A stretch of DNA of 64,000 nt, taken from an uncultured Candidatus Saccharibacteria bacterium (lineage in GTDB: Bacteria > Patescibacteriota > Minisyncoccia > Phycocordibacterales > SBAW01). Position 1 is the stretch's first letter, and each line of letters begins with the position of its first letter. The notes under the pieces were generated by a model. That model saw only the letters and a list, made by a program, of their open reading frames with translations. It was not told the origin of the DNA and made no database searches. Made by a program: the position numbers and the translations under genes. The stretch lies in contig CAYGHD010000001.1 of the NCBI GenBank assembly GCA_964349675.1, forward strand, positions 2,273 to 66,272. The letters run 5' to 3'. Shown here piece by piece: positions 46,469-55,220 of the stretch.

Positions 46469-47407
46469 ATGTACAACTCGCCGACGCCAGGATTTTTGGG
46501 GGCGACCGGGTTGCCCGTGTCTCGCTTGGGGCTCGGCACAGCGGAGATAGGTTTTGCGTACGGGCTGGGAAACCCGCGGCTCCCTAATGAGTCAGATGCT
46601 CTAGAACTTCTCACAGAAGCGGTGCGTCTTGGCGTTACTTTTTTTGATACTGCCAATTATTACGGACTCGCAGAAGAGCGCATCGGCAAATCGGGTATTC
46701 TGAAAGATACTCGTGTCGTGGTATGCACTAAGTGCGCGCAGTTTTTAGAGCAGGGAGAATATTTTTCCCCCGAGGTGTTGGAGCAAAAAATCCGTGCCCA
46801 AATAGAAAGTAGTCGAAAAAATTTAGGGCTCGATGTGCTCCCTTTGGTGTTGATACACGGACCCTCAAAAGAGCAGGTAGAGGAAGGGGTGCTTATCCAT
46901 ATCATGGAAACGCTGCGCGCCGAAGGAAAATTGCGTGTCTGGGGCGCATCAACGCGAGGTATTGCGCCGCCGCAGGCACTTATGGCACGTGATGTGCCAG
47001 TATTGGAGCTTGCCTACAATGTGGCAGACAAGCGCATGGACGCAGTATTGCAGGAAGCGCGACAAAAAAACGTAGGCATCATTAATCGCTCTGTGTATTT
47101 AAAAGGAGTTTTTGCTGGCAAGGCAGTTTTTTTGCCCGACACACTCCTTCCGCTTAAAAACATTGTGCAAGAAGCAGAATCTTGCGCTCAAGAAGCGGGT
47201 ATCCCTCTGTGGGAGCTTGCACTACGGTATACGCTCTCGGAGCCAGCGATACACACCACGCTTGTGGGGACTGCAAAAAAGGCTCACTTGCTGCAGGCAG
47301 TTGAAGCGTTTGCAAAAGGCCCACTACCAAAAGATATATGCGAGCGGCTTCGTGTGCATGCAAGTGCAGATGCGCTGCAAGTTGACCCAGCAGAGTGGCC
47401 AAAATAA
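46469..47407 (+). CDS. Aldo/keto reductase family oxidoreductase
   Basis: LPVSRLGLGTAEIGFAYGLG ... FFDTANYYG ... LIHGP: AKR hallmarks; start at ATG 46469 (the upstream part of the ORF overlaps the divergent aminotransferase gene). Confidence 0.7.
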   Translation: MYNSPTPGFLGATGLPVSRLGLGTAEIGFAYGLGNPRLPNESDALELLTEAVRLGVTFFDTANYYGLAEERIGKSGILKDTRVVVCTKCAQFLEQGEYFSPEVLEQKIRAQIESSRKNLGLDVLPLVLIHGPSKEQVEEGVLIHIMETLRAEGKLRVWGASTRGIAPPQALMARDVPVLELAYNVADKRMDAVLQEARQKNVGIINRSVYLKGVFAGKAVFLPDTLLPLKNIVQEAESCAQEAGIPLWELALRYTLSEPAIHTTLVGTAKKAHLLQAVEAFAKGPLPKDICERLRVHASADALQVDPAEWPK

Positions 47408-47411
47408 TACT

Positions 47412-48248
47412 ATGAAAGAATTGTATGAGCTCGGTATTGTGCGCCACGCGGAACCTTTTTTCCCAAGAACAAGAGACCGTGCAGATATTGCGGTGCTTAA
47501 AGATGAGGCGGGAGTAATTTTTTTGAATAGCACTGACCATATGGATTTAGCGCACTACCAAGGTCTATCTATTGCAGAAACATGGGGTGCAAAAGAGCGA
47601 ACGGAAGCGCTTGCAGCAACACGCGACGATGATACGCGGCGGGCAGCGTATGTGTCTGCGCTGCGCCCAAAACGCTATATCGACGTCGGCTGTGGGCTCG
47701 GCGGCACTATGGAACTGTTGGTGGGAGAGATTCCAGAGATACATGGTGTAGAGCCACAGGCGGATATTCTGGCTTTACTCAAAAGCCGTTTTACTATGTA
47801 TACGTCAATTGACGACGTATCCGGGCAGTTTGATGTCGCCTCGTTATTTCATGTATTCGAGCATTTGACTGAACCTATGGCTATGCTCAAAAAAGTGCAC
47901 GAACGACTGGTGCCAGGTGGGCGAGTCATTATTGAGGTGCCACATGCGCGTGATGCACTGCTTGCACTTGATGCATTTAAAGCGTTTAGTCTCTGGAGCG
48001 AGCACTTGGTGTTGCATACGCGGCAGAGCCTTGCCATATATTTAGAAAAAGCAGGGTTTCATACTATTGAGATCAAAGGAGTGCAGCGCTACCCGCTGGC
48101 CAATCATCTGCGCTGGTTGGTAGAAGGTTTGCCGGGCGGACAAAAAACACTGTCGCAGTATGCTGATCCAACACTAGCTGCCGCATATGAGGCGTACTTG
48201 GTTGCACATGACTCGACTGATACACTTTTGGCTATCGCACAAAAATAA
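47412..48248 (+). CDS. Class I SAM-dependent methyltransferase
   Basis: YIDVGCGLGGTMELL (motif I) and RLVPGGRVIIEVP (motif III); start at ATG 47412, just after the AKR stop. Confidence 0.6.
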   Translation: MKELYELGIVRHAEPFFPRTRDRADIAVLKDEAGVIFLNSTDHMDLAHYQGLSIAETWGAKERTEALAATRDDDTRRAAYVSALRPKRYIDVGCGLGGTMELLVGEIPEIHGVEPQADILALLKSRFTMYTSIDDVSGQFDVASLFHVFEHLTEPMAMLKKVHERLVPGGRVIIEVPHARDALLALDAFKAFSLWSEHLVLHTRQSLAIYLEKAGFHTIEIKGVQRYPLANHLRWLVEGLPGGQKTLSQYADPTLAAAYEAYLVAHDSTDTLLAIAQK

Positions 48249-49060
48249 TGCTTATGCAAAAACTTTCTATCGGTATGGTGCAGGGTCGGCTCACGCCATC
48301 GAAGGGCAGGGGCATTCAATTTTTCCCAAACCAAGAGGGTGAGTGGGAGAAAGAATTTGCCCGTGCGGCAGAGCTTGGGATACAGCATATACAGTGGGCT
48401 TTTGAGACAGTCGACAACCCACTTCTTTTGCCTGAGACGCAAGCACGTGTACGCGCTGCTGTAGCAAAAACAGGAGTGCCTGTGTGGCACATGGATATGC
48501 AATTGCTCACGAGTGTCGACATTAGCGCTTGCGGCGACGTGTGGATGCAGAGTGTGTGCGAGGCGCTTGCGGCTGTCGACGGACAAACAGTTGAAGTGCC
48601 GCTTATGGAAGCGTCTTCACTGCTCGACGTGTCTATGCGTGAGCAACGAGTAGCGGCTCTAAGGCGGTTTATGCACGCAGCAGCTGCCGCAGGCATTTCT
48701 CTTGCTGTTGAAACCGATTTGCCGCCAAAAGAATATACTGCGTTGCTTGAGCAGTGCCCGCTAGGTGCTGTGTATGATGCTGGCAATAGTGCGGGGATGG
48801 GATATCTGGTAGACGAAGAATTTGCCGCATATGGCGCTTCAGTGGTCAATGTACACATAAAAGATAAGAAAAAAGGCGGTGTGACCGTCCCGCTTGGGAG
48901 TGGGGATGCCGACCTTAAACGCCTGTTTCAATTATTGCGCAAGGTGCCGTATACTGGCCCTGTTACGCTGCAAGCCGCCCGCGGAGAGGACGGTAAAGAA
49001 GCGGAGACTATTCAGCATTATATTGATTTTATCAACGCTCAATATGAACAATCTTTTTGA
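48248..49060 (+). CDS. Sugar phosphate isomerase/epimerase-like TIM-barrel protein
   Basis: Weak match: IQHIQWAFE ... VNVHIKD ... pattern of the xylose-isomerase-like TIM-barrel family; 270 aa. Confidence 0.4.
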   Translation: MLMQKLSIGMVQGRLTPSKGRGIQFFPNQEGEWEKEFARAAELGIQHIQWAFETVDNPLLLPETQARVRAAVAKTGVPVWHMDMQLLTSVDISACGDVWMQSVCEALAAVDGQTVEVPLMEASSLLDVSMREQRVAALRRFMHAAAAAGISLAVETDLPPKEYTALLEQCPLGAVYDAGNSAGMGYLVDEEFAAYGASVVNVHIKDKKKGGVTVPLGSGDADLKRLFQLLRKVPYTGPVTLQAARGEDGKEAETIQHYIDFINAQYEQSF

Positions 49061-49784
49061 TATCACAGGTAACGTTGTGGTGATTACGGGCGGCAGCGGC
49101 TTTTTGGGTACGCAATATAGAGAGTCGTTGGCTGCGGCGGGTGCTCTGGTAGAAAATTTTGACGTGGATACGGGTGTTGATGTGACCCATGAAGTCTCTC
49201 TAACAGAGGCTGTTGCGCGTGTTGTGGCAAAACACGGCAAGATAGACGGTCTCATTACCAATGCTGCGGCAAATCCAAAAGCAGATGAAAACACTGGAGC
49301 GGGCCCCTGGTCTGCATACAGTGATTTCCCAGCGGAACTCTTTCGGCAAGAGCTTGATTTAAATTTGGTCGGCTCGTTTCTTGCTGCAAAAATTGTTTCA
49401 AAAGAGATGATCCGGCAGAAAAAAGGTTCTATTGTTTTCATCTCGTCTGACCTAGGGCTCATTGGTCCGACAAATACGCTTTACCCTGACGGCCAATATA
49501 AAGATATAGCCTACGGTGCATCCAAAGCGGGGGTGCTTGGGTTGATGCGTTTTTTTGCAGCATATCTTGGCGCGTACGGGGTGCGGGCAAACGCGATGGT
49601 TCCTGGTGGGATGTTGCGCGGGCATAGTGATGAGTTTGCAAAAAAGAACGGCTCGCTCAATATGCTTGGTCGTATGGCTCATGAGGGAGAATACAACGGT
49701 GCAATACAGTTTTTGCTTTCAGACGCGTCAAGCTATATGACTGGTGCACCACTTATTATTGATGGAGGAAGAACTGCTGTATGA
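49044..49784 (+). CDS. Short-chain dehydrogenase/reductase (SDR)
   Basis: VVVITGGSGFLGTQY (TGxxxGxG) ... YGASKAGVLGLMRFFA (YxxxK); start at ATG 49044. Confidence 0.65.
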   Translation: MNNLFDITGNVVVITGGSGFLGTQYRESLAAAGALVENFDVDTGVDVTHEVSLTEAVARVVAKHGKIDGLITNAAANPKADENTGAGPWSAYSDFPAELFRQELDLNLVGSFLAAKIVSKEMIRQKKGSIVFISSDLGLIGPTNTLYPDGQYKDIAYGASKAGVLGLMRFFAAYLGAYGVRANAMVPGGMLRGHSDEFAKKNGSLNMLGRMAHEGEYNGAIQFLLSDASSYMTGAPLIIDGGRTAV

Positions 49785-51622
49785 ATGTCCTTGGATTGAA
49801 AGTTGGCGGGCATGACCCAGGTGCCGCGCTCATATCAAATAATGGCGGCACTACTCGCGTATGTGCGATTGCAGAAGAGCGACTGACGCGCGTCAAACAT
49901 GCGCCGCATGCGTTCCCGACACAATCAATCGTGTATGTGTTGGAGAATCTTGGAATACCAAAAGAGGATATCGACTTGATCGTGTATGACACCACTATCG
50001 ACGAAGTGCAATTTACAAATGAGGTGGAGTCGACAAGGTGGGTCAAAGAGCGGGTGGGTGCAGGGTTTACAAAAGCTCAGTTTGTGGGGGTTGGACATCA
50101 TGATGCACATGCAGCGACCGCTTTTTTCTGCTCGCCGTACGAAGAGTCTGCGGTGCTTGTGTATGACGGGAGCGGTGCTATTTTCCCCAGTCCGCAGGGT
50201 GGCATGGTGACGGAGACGGAAACTTTTTACAAAGGCAAGGGTAGTACCCTTACGGTAATACATAAAACTGCGCATGTGTGCACGCCGGCCGGGTTTCCCT
50301 ACAGTGTGGGGATTGGCCGTCTCTACTCAAACTTGTCTCAAAATTATATTTCGTTTGGGCCGCACAATGAGGGGAAGATGATGGGGCTCGCCGCATATGG
50401 AGACGACTCATTTCTGAAAGCGTTTCCGTATGAGCGCTGGGTCAAACGCTACAACGGGGAATTGTTGTGCAATAACCAAGTGAGTTATCCCATGCGTGGA
50501 GCGACTGCGTTTATAAAGCGATCGGGGAGTCCCACACGTCTCCTGCTCGATGTGTATAATGGGGTACTGTCTCGCGGCCGGCGATTATTTTTTAAAGCAA
50601 CTACAGTAGTCACCGGCCGGCTTGGCGCTGAAGCAGTGTATCCAAAAATATTTGAGCCGATACGATTTGCTCGGCCAAACCGCGATGCGGGTGCAGAAAA
50701 GCTCCCGGATGCATACTTCAGCTCAGTTGCATTTGCCGCGCAAAAAATATTTGAACAATATGCAATAGAACTTGGTACATATCTTAAAAATGTCACAGAG
50801 AGTGATACGTTGTGTGTGGCTGGCGGGTGTGCGCTCAACATTGATGCAAACAGAAATTTTTTAACAAAAGTCGGGTTCAAAAACTTGTTTGTACAGCCAG
50901 CGTCCTCTGACTGCGGCATCCCGCTGGGGTGCGCGCTGTGGGGCATGCATGCGGTGCTTGGTCAACCACGTGCGTGGGTGATGCAATCTGCGTCGCTTGG
51001 AAAACCATACAGCAAAACAGAAGTAGAAAAAGCTATTGCTGCGCGCAAAGACGAGGTGGAATATCAGTATGTTGACGATGCGCCCAAAGAAGCAGCTCGT
51101 TTGATTGCAGATGGGAACATCATTGGTTGGTTTCAGGGCGGGGCAGAGTATGGGCCGCGTGCGCTTGGCAACCGGTCAATTGTCTGCGATGCGCGGGGCA
51201 AGGATATGAAAGATGTCTTGAACAACCGAGTCAAACATCGAGAATCGTGGCGGCCATTCGCAGCATCAATTTTGCTTGAAAAAATGTCGGAGTGGTTTGA
51301 CTTCAGTACGGAGAGTCCCTATATGTTGCTGACGGGAAGTGTGCTGCCGCATAAACGAAAGGATGTTCCGTCCATTGTGCATGTCGATGGCACCTGCCGG
51401 TTACAGTCACTGACTGAAACGCAAAACGGCCCCTATTGGGCGCTTGTAAAAGAATTCGAAGCATGTACTGGCGTACCGCTTGTGCTCAACACGTCATTTA
51501 ACCTCGGCGGCGATCCTATTGTAGAGACGCCGGAAGATGCACTTGATACATTTTTGCGCACAGATATGGATTACTTGGTTATGGAGCATGCGGTCATACG
51601 AAAGCGCGGAGCAAAGAAATAA
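49781..51622 (+). CDS. Carbamoyltransferase (NodU/CmcH family O-carbamoyltransferase)
   Basis: MNVLGLKVGGHDPGAALISNNGG ... GVGHHDAHAATAFF ... C-terminal domain with HVDGTCRLQ; 613 aa; ATGA overlap with the SDR stop. Confidence 0.75.
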   Translation: MNVLGLKVGGHDPGAALISNNGGTTRVCAIAEERLTRVKHAPHAFPTQSIVYVLENLGIPKEDIDLIVYDTTIDEVQFTNEVESTRWVKERVGAGFTKAQFVGVGHHDAHAATAFFCSPYEESAVLVYDGSGAIFPSPQGGMVTETETFYKGKGSTLTVIHKTAHVCTPAGFPYSVGIGRLYSNLSQNYISFGPHNEGKMMGLAAYGDDSFLKAFPYERWVKRYNGELLCNNQVSYPMRGATAFIKRSGSPTRLLLDVYNGVLSRGRRLFFKATTVVTGRLGAEAVYPKIFEPIRFARPNRDAGAEKLPDAYFSSVAFAAQKIFEQYAIELGTYLKNVTESDTLCVAGGCALNIDANRNFLTKVGFKNLFVQPASSDCGIPLGCALWGMHAVLGQPRAWVMQSASLGKPYSKTEVEKAIAARKDEVEYQYVDDAPKEAARLIADGNIIGWFQGGAEYGPRALGNRSIVCDARGKDMKDVLNNRVKHRESWRPFAASILLEKMSEWFDFSTESPYMLLTGSVLPHKRKDVPSIVHVDGTCRLQSLTETQNGPYWALVKEFEACTGVPLVLNTSFNLGGDPIVETPEDALDTFLRTDMDYLVMEHAVIRKRGAKK

Positions 51623-51680
51623 TTGACGTAAAACAAATTTTGTTCTATTTTGTAGACGGAACATACGAAAGGTTCAAAAC

Positions 51681-52205
51681 ATGTTTTTTGCAGATCAAGG
51701 GGTCATGGGGCGCGCCAAAGAGGTGGAGCTCGTGTGCTTGGATTTTGATGGCACACTGACCGACGGCATGGTGTACGTTGACGAGACGGGCTGCGAGACA
51801 GTCCGCTGCAGCCGGCGGGATAGCCTGGGTATCGAGATGCTCAAGGCGGCAGGTATTGCGGTCTTCGTGATCTCGAAAGAGACAAACCCGGTTGTTGCTG
51901 CGCGTTGTAAAAAAATGAACGTGCGGTGTGAACAAGGAGTGGCTTCGGGAGAGGATAAGGCTGTAATCCTTCGGCGCCTTGCCGAAGGTGTCGGTGTGAA
52001 GCTCGAAGCGATTGCCTACATGGGCGACGATGTGAACGACATCGCTGCGCTGCAGTTGGTTGGTCTCGCGGTGGCTCCTGCCGACGCGCATCCAAAGGTG
52101 CGCAAAGTAGCCCACCATTTGACGGAGGCTCGGGGCGGCAACCACGCGGTGCGTGAGCTCTGCGACCTCATTCTTGAGGCGCAAGGGAAGTCCTCTGATA
52201 TGTAG
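51681..52205 (+). CDS. HAD-IIIA KdsC-family sugar-acid phosphate phosphatase (Kdo-8-P / nonulosonate-9-P phosphatase-like)
   Basis: VELVCLDFDGTLTDG (DxDGT motif I) ... VFVISKE ... YMGDDVNDIAAL; 174 aa as in KdsC/KDN-9-P phosphatases. Confidence 0.65.
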   Translation: MFFADQGVMGRAKEVELVCLDFDGTLTDGMVYVDETGCETVRCSRRDSLGIEMLKAAGIAVFVISKETNPVVAARCKKMNVRCEQGVASGEDKAVILRRLAEGVGVKLEAIAYMGDDVNDIAALQLVGLAVAPADAHPKVRKVAHHLTEARGGNHAVRELCDLILEAQGKSSDM

Positions 52206-52255
52206 CGGTTATCCACAATTCCGGAGATGCGATCTCCGGAGAAACAAAGGAGTCG

Positions 52256-53284
52256 TTGATGGAAAAGACATTTCTCGCTTTTGCGAGAGACATGGGTGCT
52301 GCCAACACGGTGGTGCCTATTGCGATACAGTTGAGAACGCTCGGACACACCGTCTTCATCTGCCTCGACCAAGGCGGCAAAGCGGTAGAGCAGTATCCGT
52401 CATTCACGGCGGTATATCAGCCAGCATACTTCAATTATCTTCTGGGTCAGCGCAAAGTAGATGCGATTCTCAACGGGCTCTCATCGCCGCGCGGCGACCT
52501 GGAGCTCTGGCTGGACGCCAATGCTCCGCTGCTGCGCGACACTCCACTGCTGGTGCAGTGTGAAGACTATTGGGGCGCGCACACGCGTTCGAGGGTGGCT
52601 CCTGATGCGCTCATCACAATTGACAACACGGCGCGGAGATTGGCTCGAGCCGCTGGCGTACGTTCGCGGATATGCACTGCAGGATTTGCCGGCGTCTCTC
52701 CGGTAGATCCAAGTGCGCATATTCAGCTCGTGATGCAGCAGCATCGCGCACAGACGCCCGGTGTGCAGATCTTGGTGTACCCAGATGGTGGACCAGAATG
52801 TGAGCTCGCGCTCCCTCGGCTCGTTGAGTCGATTTTGCAGACACGTGCGCCGGTTATGCTGGTCCCAAAATTCCATCCAAAGTTCAAAAAGGTGAGGCAT
52901 CCGCGGGGCGGCACATGGGATCAATGGTGCCGGCAACAGTTGGTACCGCTGTACAATGCGGACAAGGTCATCGATGTTGAAGGTCCCACCAATCAAGTCA
53001 TCGCCTGCGCTGACGGTGTCGCATCCGGGTATTCAACGCTTTTGATGCGGCCGGCGACTACAGGCAAGCTCGCGCTCACGCTTTGGGACGGGGCAGTCGA
53101 AACAGAGCTCCGCAAGGAGACAGGTCTCGCGCAGACCCCGCTTATGCTGCAGCGCAAGCGCTTCCCGTACCTGACGAGCGTCATGCCGCTCGATGAGTTC
53201 TTTACTGTCGCACAGCCGACGCTCGCTTTGCCGCCCCTACAGCCGGGCAAAGCAGCTGACTTTGTGCTCTCGCTCCTGACGTAG
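52256..53284 (+). CDS. Hypothetical protein (342 aa), GC-rich; possible GT-B-like or epimerase-like fold
   Basis: No motif confidently recognised; followed by tandem terminators. Confidence 0.3.
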   Translation: MMEKTFLAFARDMGAANTVVPIAIQLRTLGHTVFICLDQGGKAVEQYPSFTAVYQPAYFNYLLGQRKVDAILNGLSSPRGDLELWLDANAPLLRDTPLLVQCEDYWGAHTRSRVAPDALITIDNTARRLARAAGVRSRICTAGFAGVSPVDPSAHIQLVMQQHRAQTPGVQILVYPDGGPECELALPRLVESILQTRAPVMLVPKFHPKFKKVRHPRGGTWDQWCRQQLVPLYNADKVIDVEGPTNQVIACADGVASGYSTLLMRPATTGKLALTLWDGAVETELRKETGLAQTPLMLQRKRFPYLTSVMPLDEFFTVAQPTLALPPLQPGKAADFVLSLLT

Positions 53285-53290
53285 TGGGGC

Positions 53291-53361
53291 ACGCCGCCGT
53301 AACCTTTTGTGATACGGCGGCGTTTTCTTTATTAAGTGTAGCCCGCATGCTACACTTTTTT
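53291..53361 (+). terminator. Tandem Rho-independent terminators
   Basis: Hairpin 1: acgccgccgta...tacggcggcgt + ttttcttt (53291-53330). Hairpin 2: gtgtagc-ccgcat-gctacac + tttttt (53336-53361). Confidence 0.55.
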
Positions 53362-53406
53362 AGTCTGTTGTACGCTGCTGTGCGTACGAAGTCTTTTCAA
53401 TAATTT

Positions 53407-55176
53407 ATGAGCATATTTGCAACGGTCCGCACACTCTGGCGCGCATTTAGCCGGTATCGTTGGCACTTAGGAGTGCTTATTATATTAGGTTTTTTGGGCG
53501 CAATACTTGAAGGCATCGGCATCAATGCAGCGATTCCACTCGTCTCTTTTTTTAACGGTGGTACCGGCGCGCCGACTGACTTCATCACGAGCACCATCAA
53601 AAGTCTCTTTGACTTCTTTTCAATCCCGTTTACCTTCCGGTATCTGCTCGCATTTATTTTGAGCCTCTTTTTATTGCGTGCAGTTGCAGTTGTTATTTTT
53701 GGATATATACGCGGATGGGTAGTAACTGATTATTTGTGCGAAGAGAGCGAGGATATGTTGCGCCGCACCATGCTTGCCTCCTGGCCGTTTTTGCTCAAGC
53801 AAAAAATAGGGACACTGCACAACACGCTCGCGCGCGATATCCAGCGTGCGGCAAGTTTGCTTGAAGTGCAGGGGCAAATAATCCAGTCCTTCGGCGGATT
53901 CCTCATGTATTTACTGGTTGCGGTCAATATTTCGCCCACCATGACGCTCTATACGCTTGCGGGTGCAGCCGTGCTATTGCTTGTAGTGCGTCCATTTTTA
54001 TTGCGGACACAACGCATGGGTCAGGAGATGGCGCAGACAGAAAAGAGTCTCGCGCAGTTTTTGACCGAACATATCACCGGCATGAAGTCGATAAAAGCTG
54101 CGGGTGTGGAGCGGCCAGCGCTGCGCGCGGGCAATGCTTTTTTGCGTGCCATGCGCAAACTCTCGCTTAAAATGACTCTGGTGCGTGCAGTCAGTGCGAG
54201 CTTGTTTCAACCGTTCAGTCTCTTATTTGTCATAGCGCTGTTTGCAGTGACCTATAAAACGCCGGGATTCAGCATTATCTCTTTTGCAGCGACACTCTAC
54301 CTCATTCAAAAAATATTTACCTATCTGGAGTCTGGGCAGAGCGCGTTGCAGAGCTTGAGCGAACTCCTACCTTATGCAGACAATGTGTCGCAATGGAAGG
54401 AAAAATTGGGGGAGCATCGAGAAGAAGTGACCCGGGGCAGTAATGCTTTCTCGTTTGAAAAAACAATAACACTCAATCATATTTCTTTCGCGTACACGCC
54501 AGAGCGGTCGATTCTGTCCGATGCAACCATTGAGATCAAGAAAGGCTCTATCACCGGGCTTGTTGGGCCGTCGGGCGCAGGCAAAACATCTGCGGCAGAT
54601 CTGTTGCTGCGCCTTTTTACCCCAACGCAAGGGGATGTGTTGGTGGACGGTGTGTCGGTGGACGATATTGGACTTGATGCATGGCGGCACAACATTGGCT
54701 ATGTATCCCAGGACGTATTTTTGTTCAATGGGACGATAGCAGAGAATATCCGATTTTACCGCAACCTTTCTAAAGAGGCGGTGGTGGCTGCGGCAAAGCA
54801 AGCGCATGTATACGACTTTGTTTCATCTCTGCCGGATGGATTTGAGACTGTCGTGGGTGACCGCGGTGTGCTGTTATCGGGCGGCCAGCGGCAGCGCATT
54901 GCGCTTGCTCGCGCGCTTGTGGGGCAGCCAGCGCTATTGGTGCTCGACGAGGCAACCAGTGCGCTTGATCATGAGTCAGAAAAACTCATCCAAGACGCAA
55001 TCCAGGCGCTTCGGGGCACAACTACGGTGTTTGTTATCGCGCACCGCCCGTCGACTATTGCTGCCGCAGACTCGATTGTGGTGCTTGACCGTGGCAGCGT
55101 GGTTGAGCAGGGGGCTCCGGCCGAGCTGCTCAAAAATAAAGACTCATATTTTGCCCATATGCAAGCGCGAGCATAA
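53407..55176 (+). CDS. ABC exporter, fused permease plus ATPase (MsbA/PglK-type)
   Basis: Six N-terminal TM helices; Walker A GPSGAGKTS; signature LSGGQRQRIALARAL; Walker B LLVLDEATSALD; H-loop IAHR. Confidence 0.8.
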   Translation: MSIFATVRTLWRAFSRYRWHLGVLIILGFLGAILEGIGINAAIPLVSFFNGGTGAPTDFITSTIKSLFDFFSIPFTFRYLLAFILSLFLLRAVAVVIFGYIRGWVVTDYLCEESEDMLRRTMLASWPFLLKQKIGTLHNTLARDIQRAASLLEVQGQIIQSFGGFLMYLLVAVNISPTMTLYTLAGAAVLLLVVRPFLLRTQRMGQEMAQTEKSLAQFLTEHITGMKSIKAAGVERPALRAGNAFLRAMRKLSLKMTLVRAVSASLFQPFSLLFVIALFAVTYKTPGFSIISFAATLYLIQKIFTYLESGQSALQSLSELLPYADNVSQWKEKLGEHREEVTRGSNAFSFEKTITLNHISFAYTPERSILSDATIEIKKGSITGLVGPSGAGKTSAADLLLRLFTPTQGDVLVDGVSVDDIGLDAWRHNIGYVSQDVFLFNGTIAENIRFYRNLSKEAVVAAAKQAHVYDFVSSLPDGFETVVGDRGVLLSGGQRQRIALARALVGQPALLVLDEATSALDHESEKLIQDAIQALRGTTTVFVIAHRPSTIAAADSIVVLDRGSVVEQGAPAELLKNKDSYFAHMQARA

Positions 55177-55220
55177 CGGGTTTCGTAGTGTTGAAAATAG
55201 TCTGGTATAGTGGGGGACAT

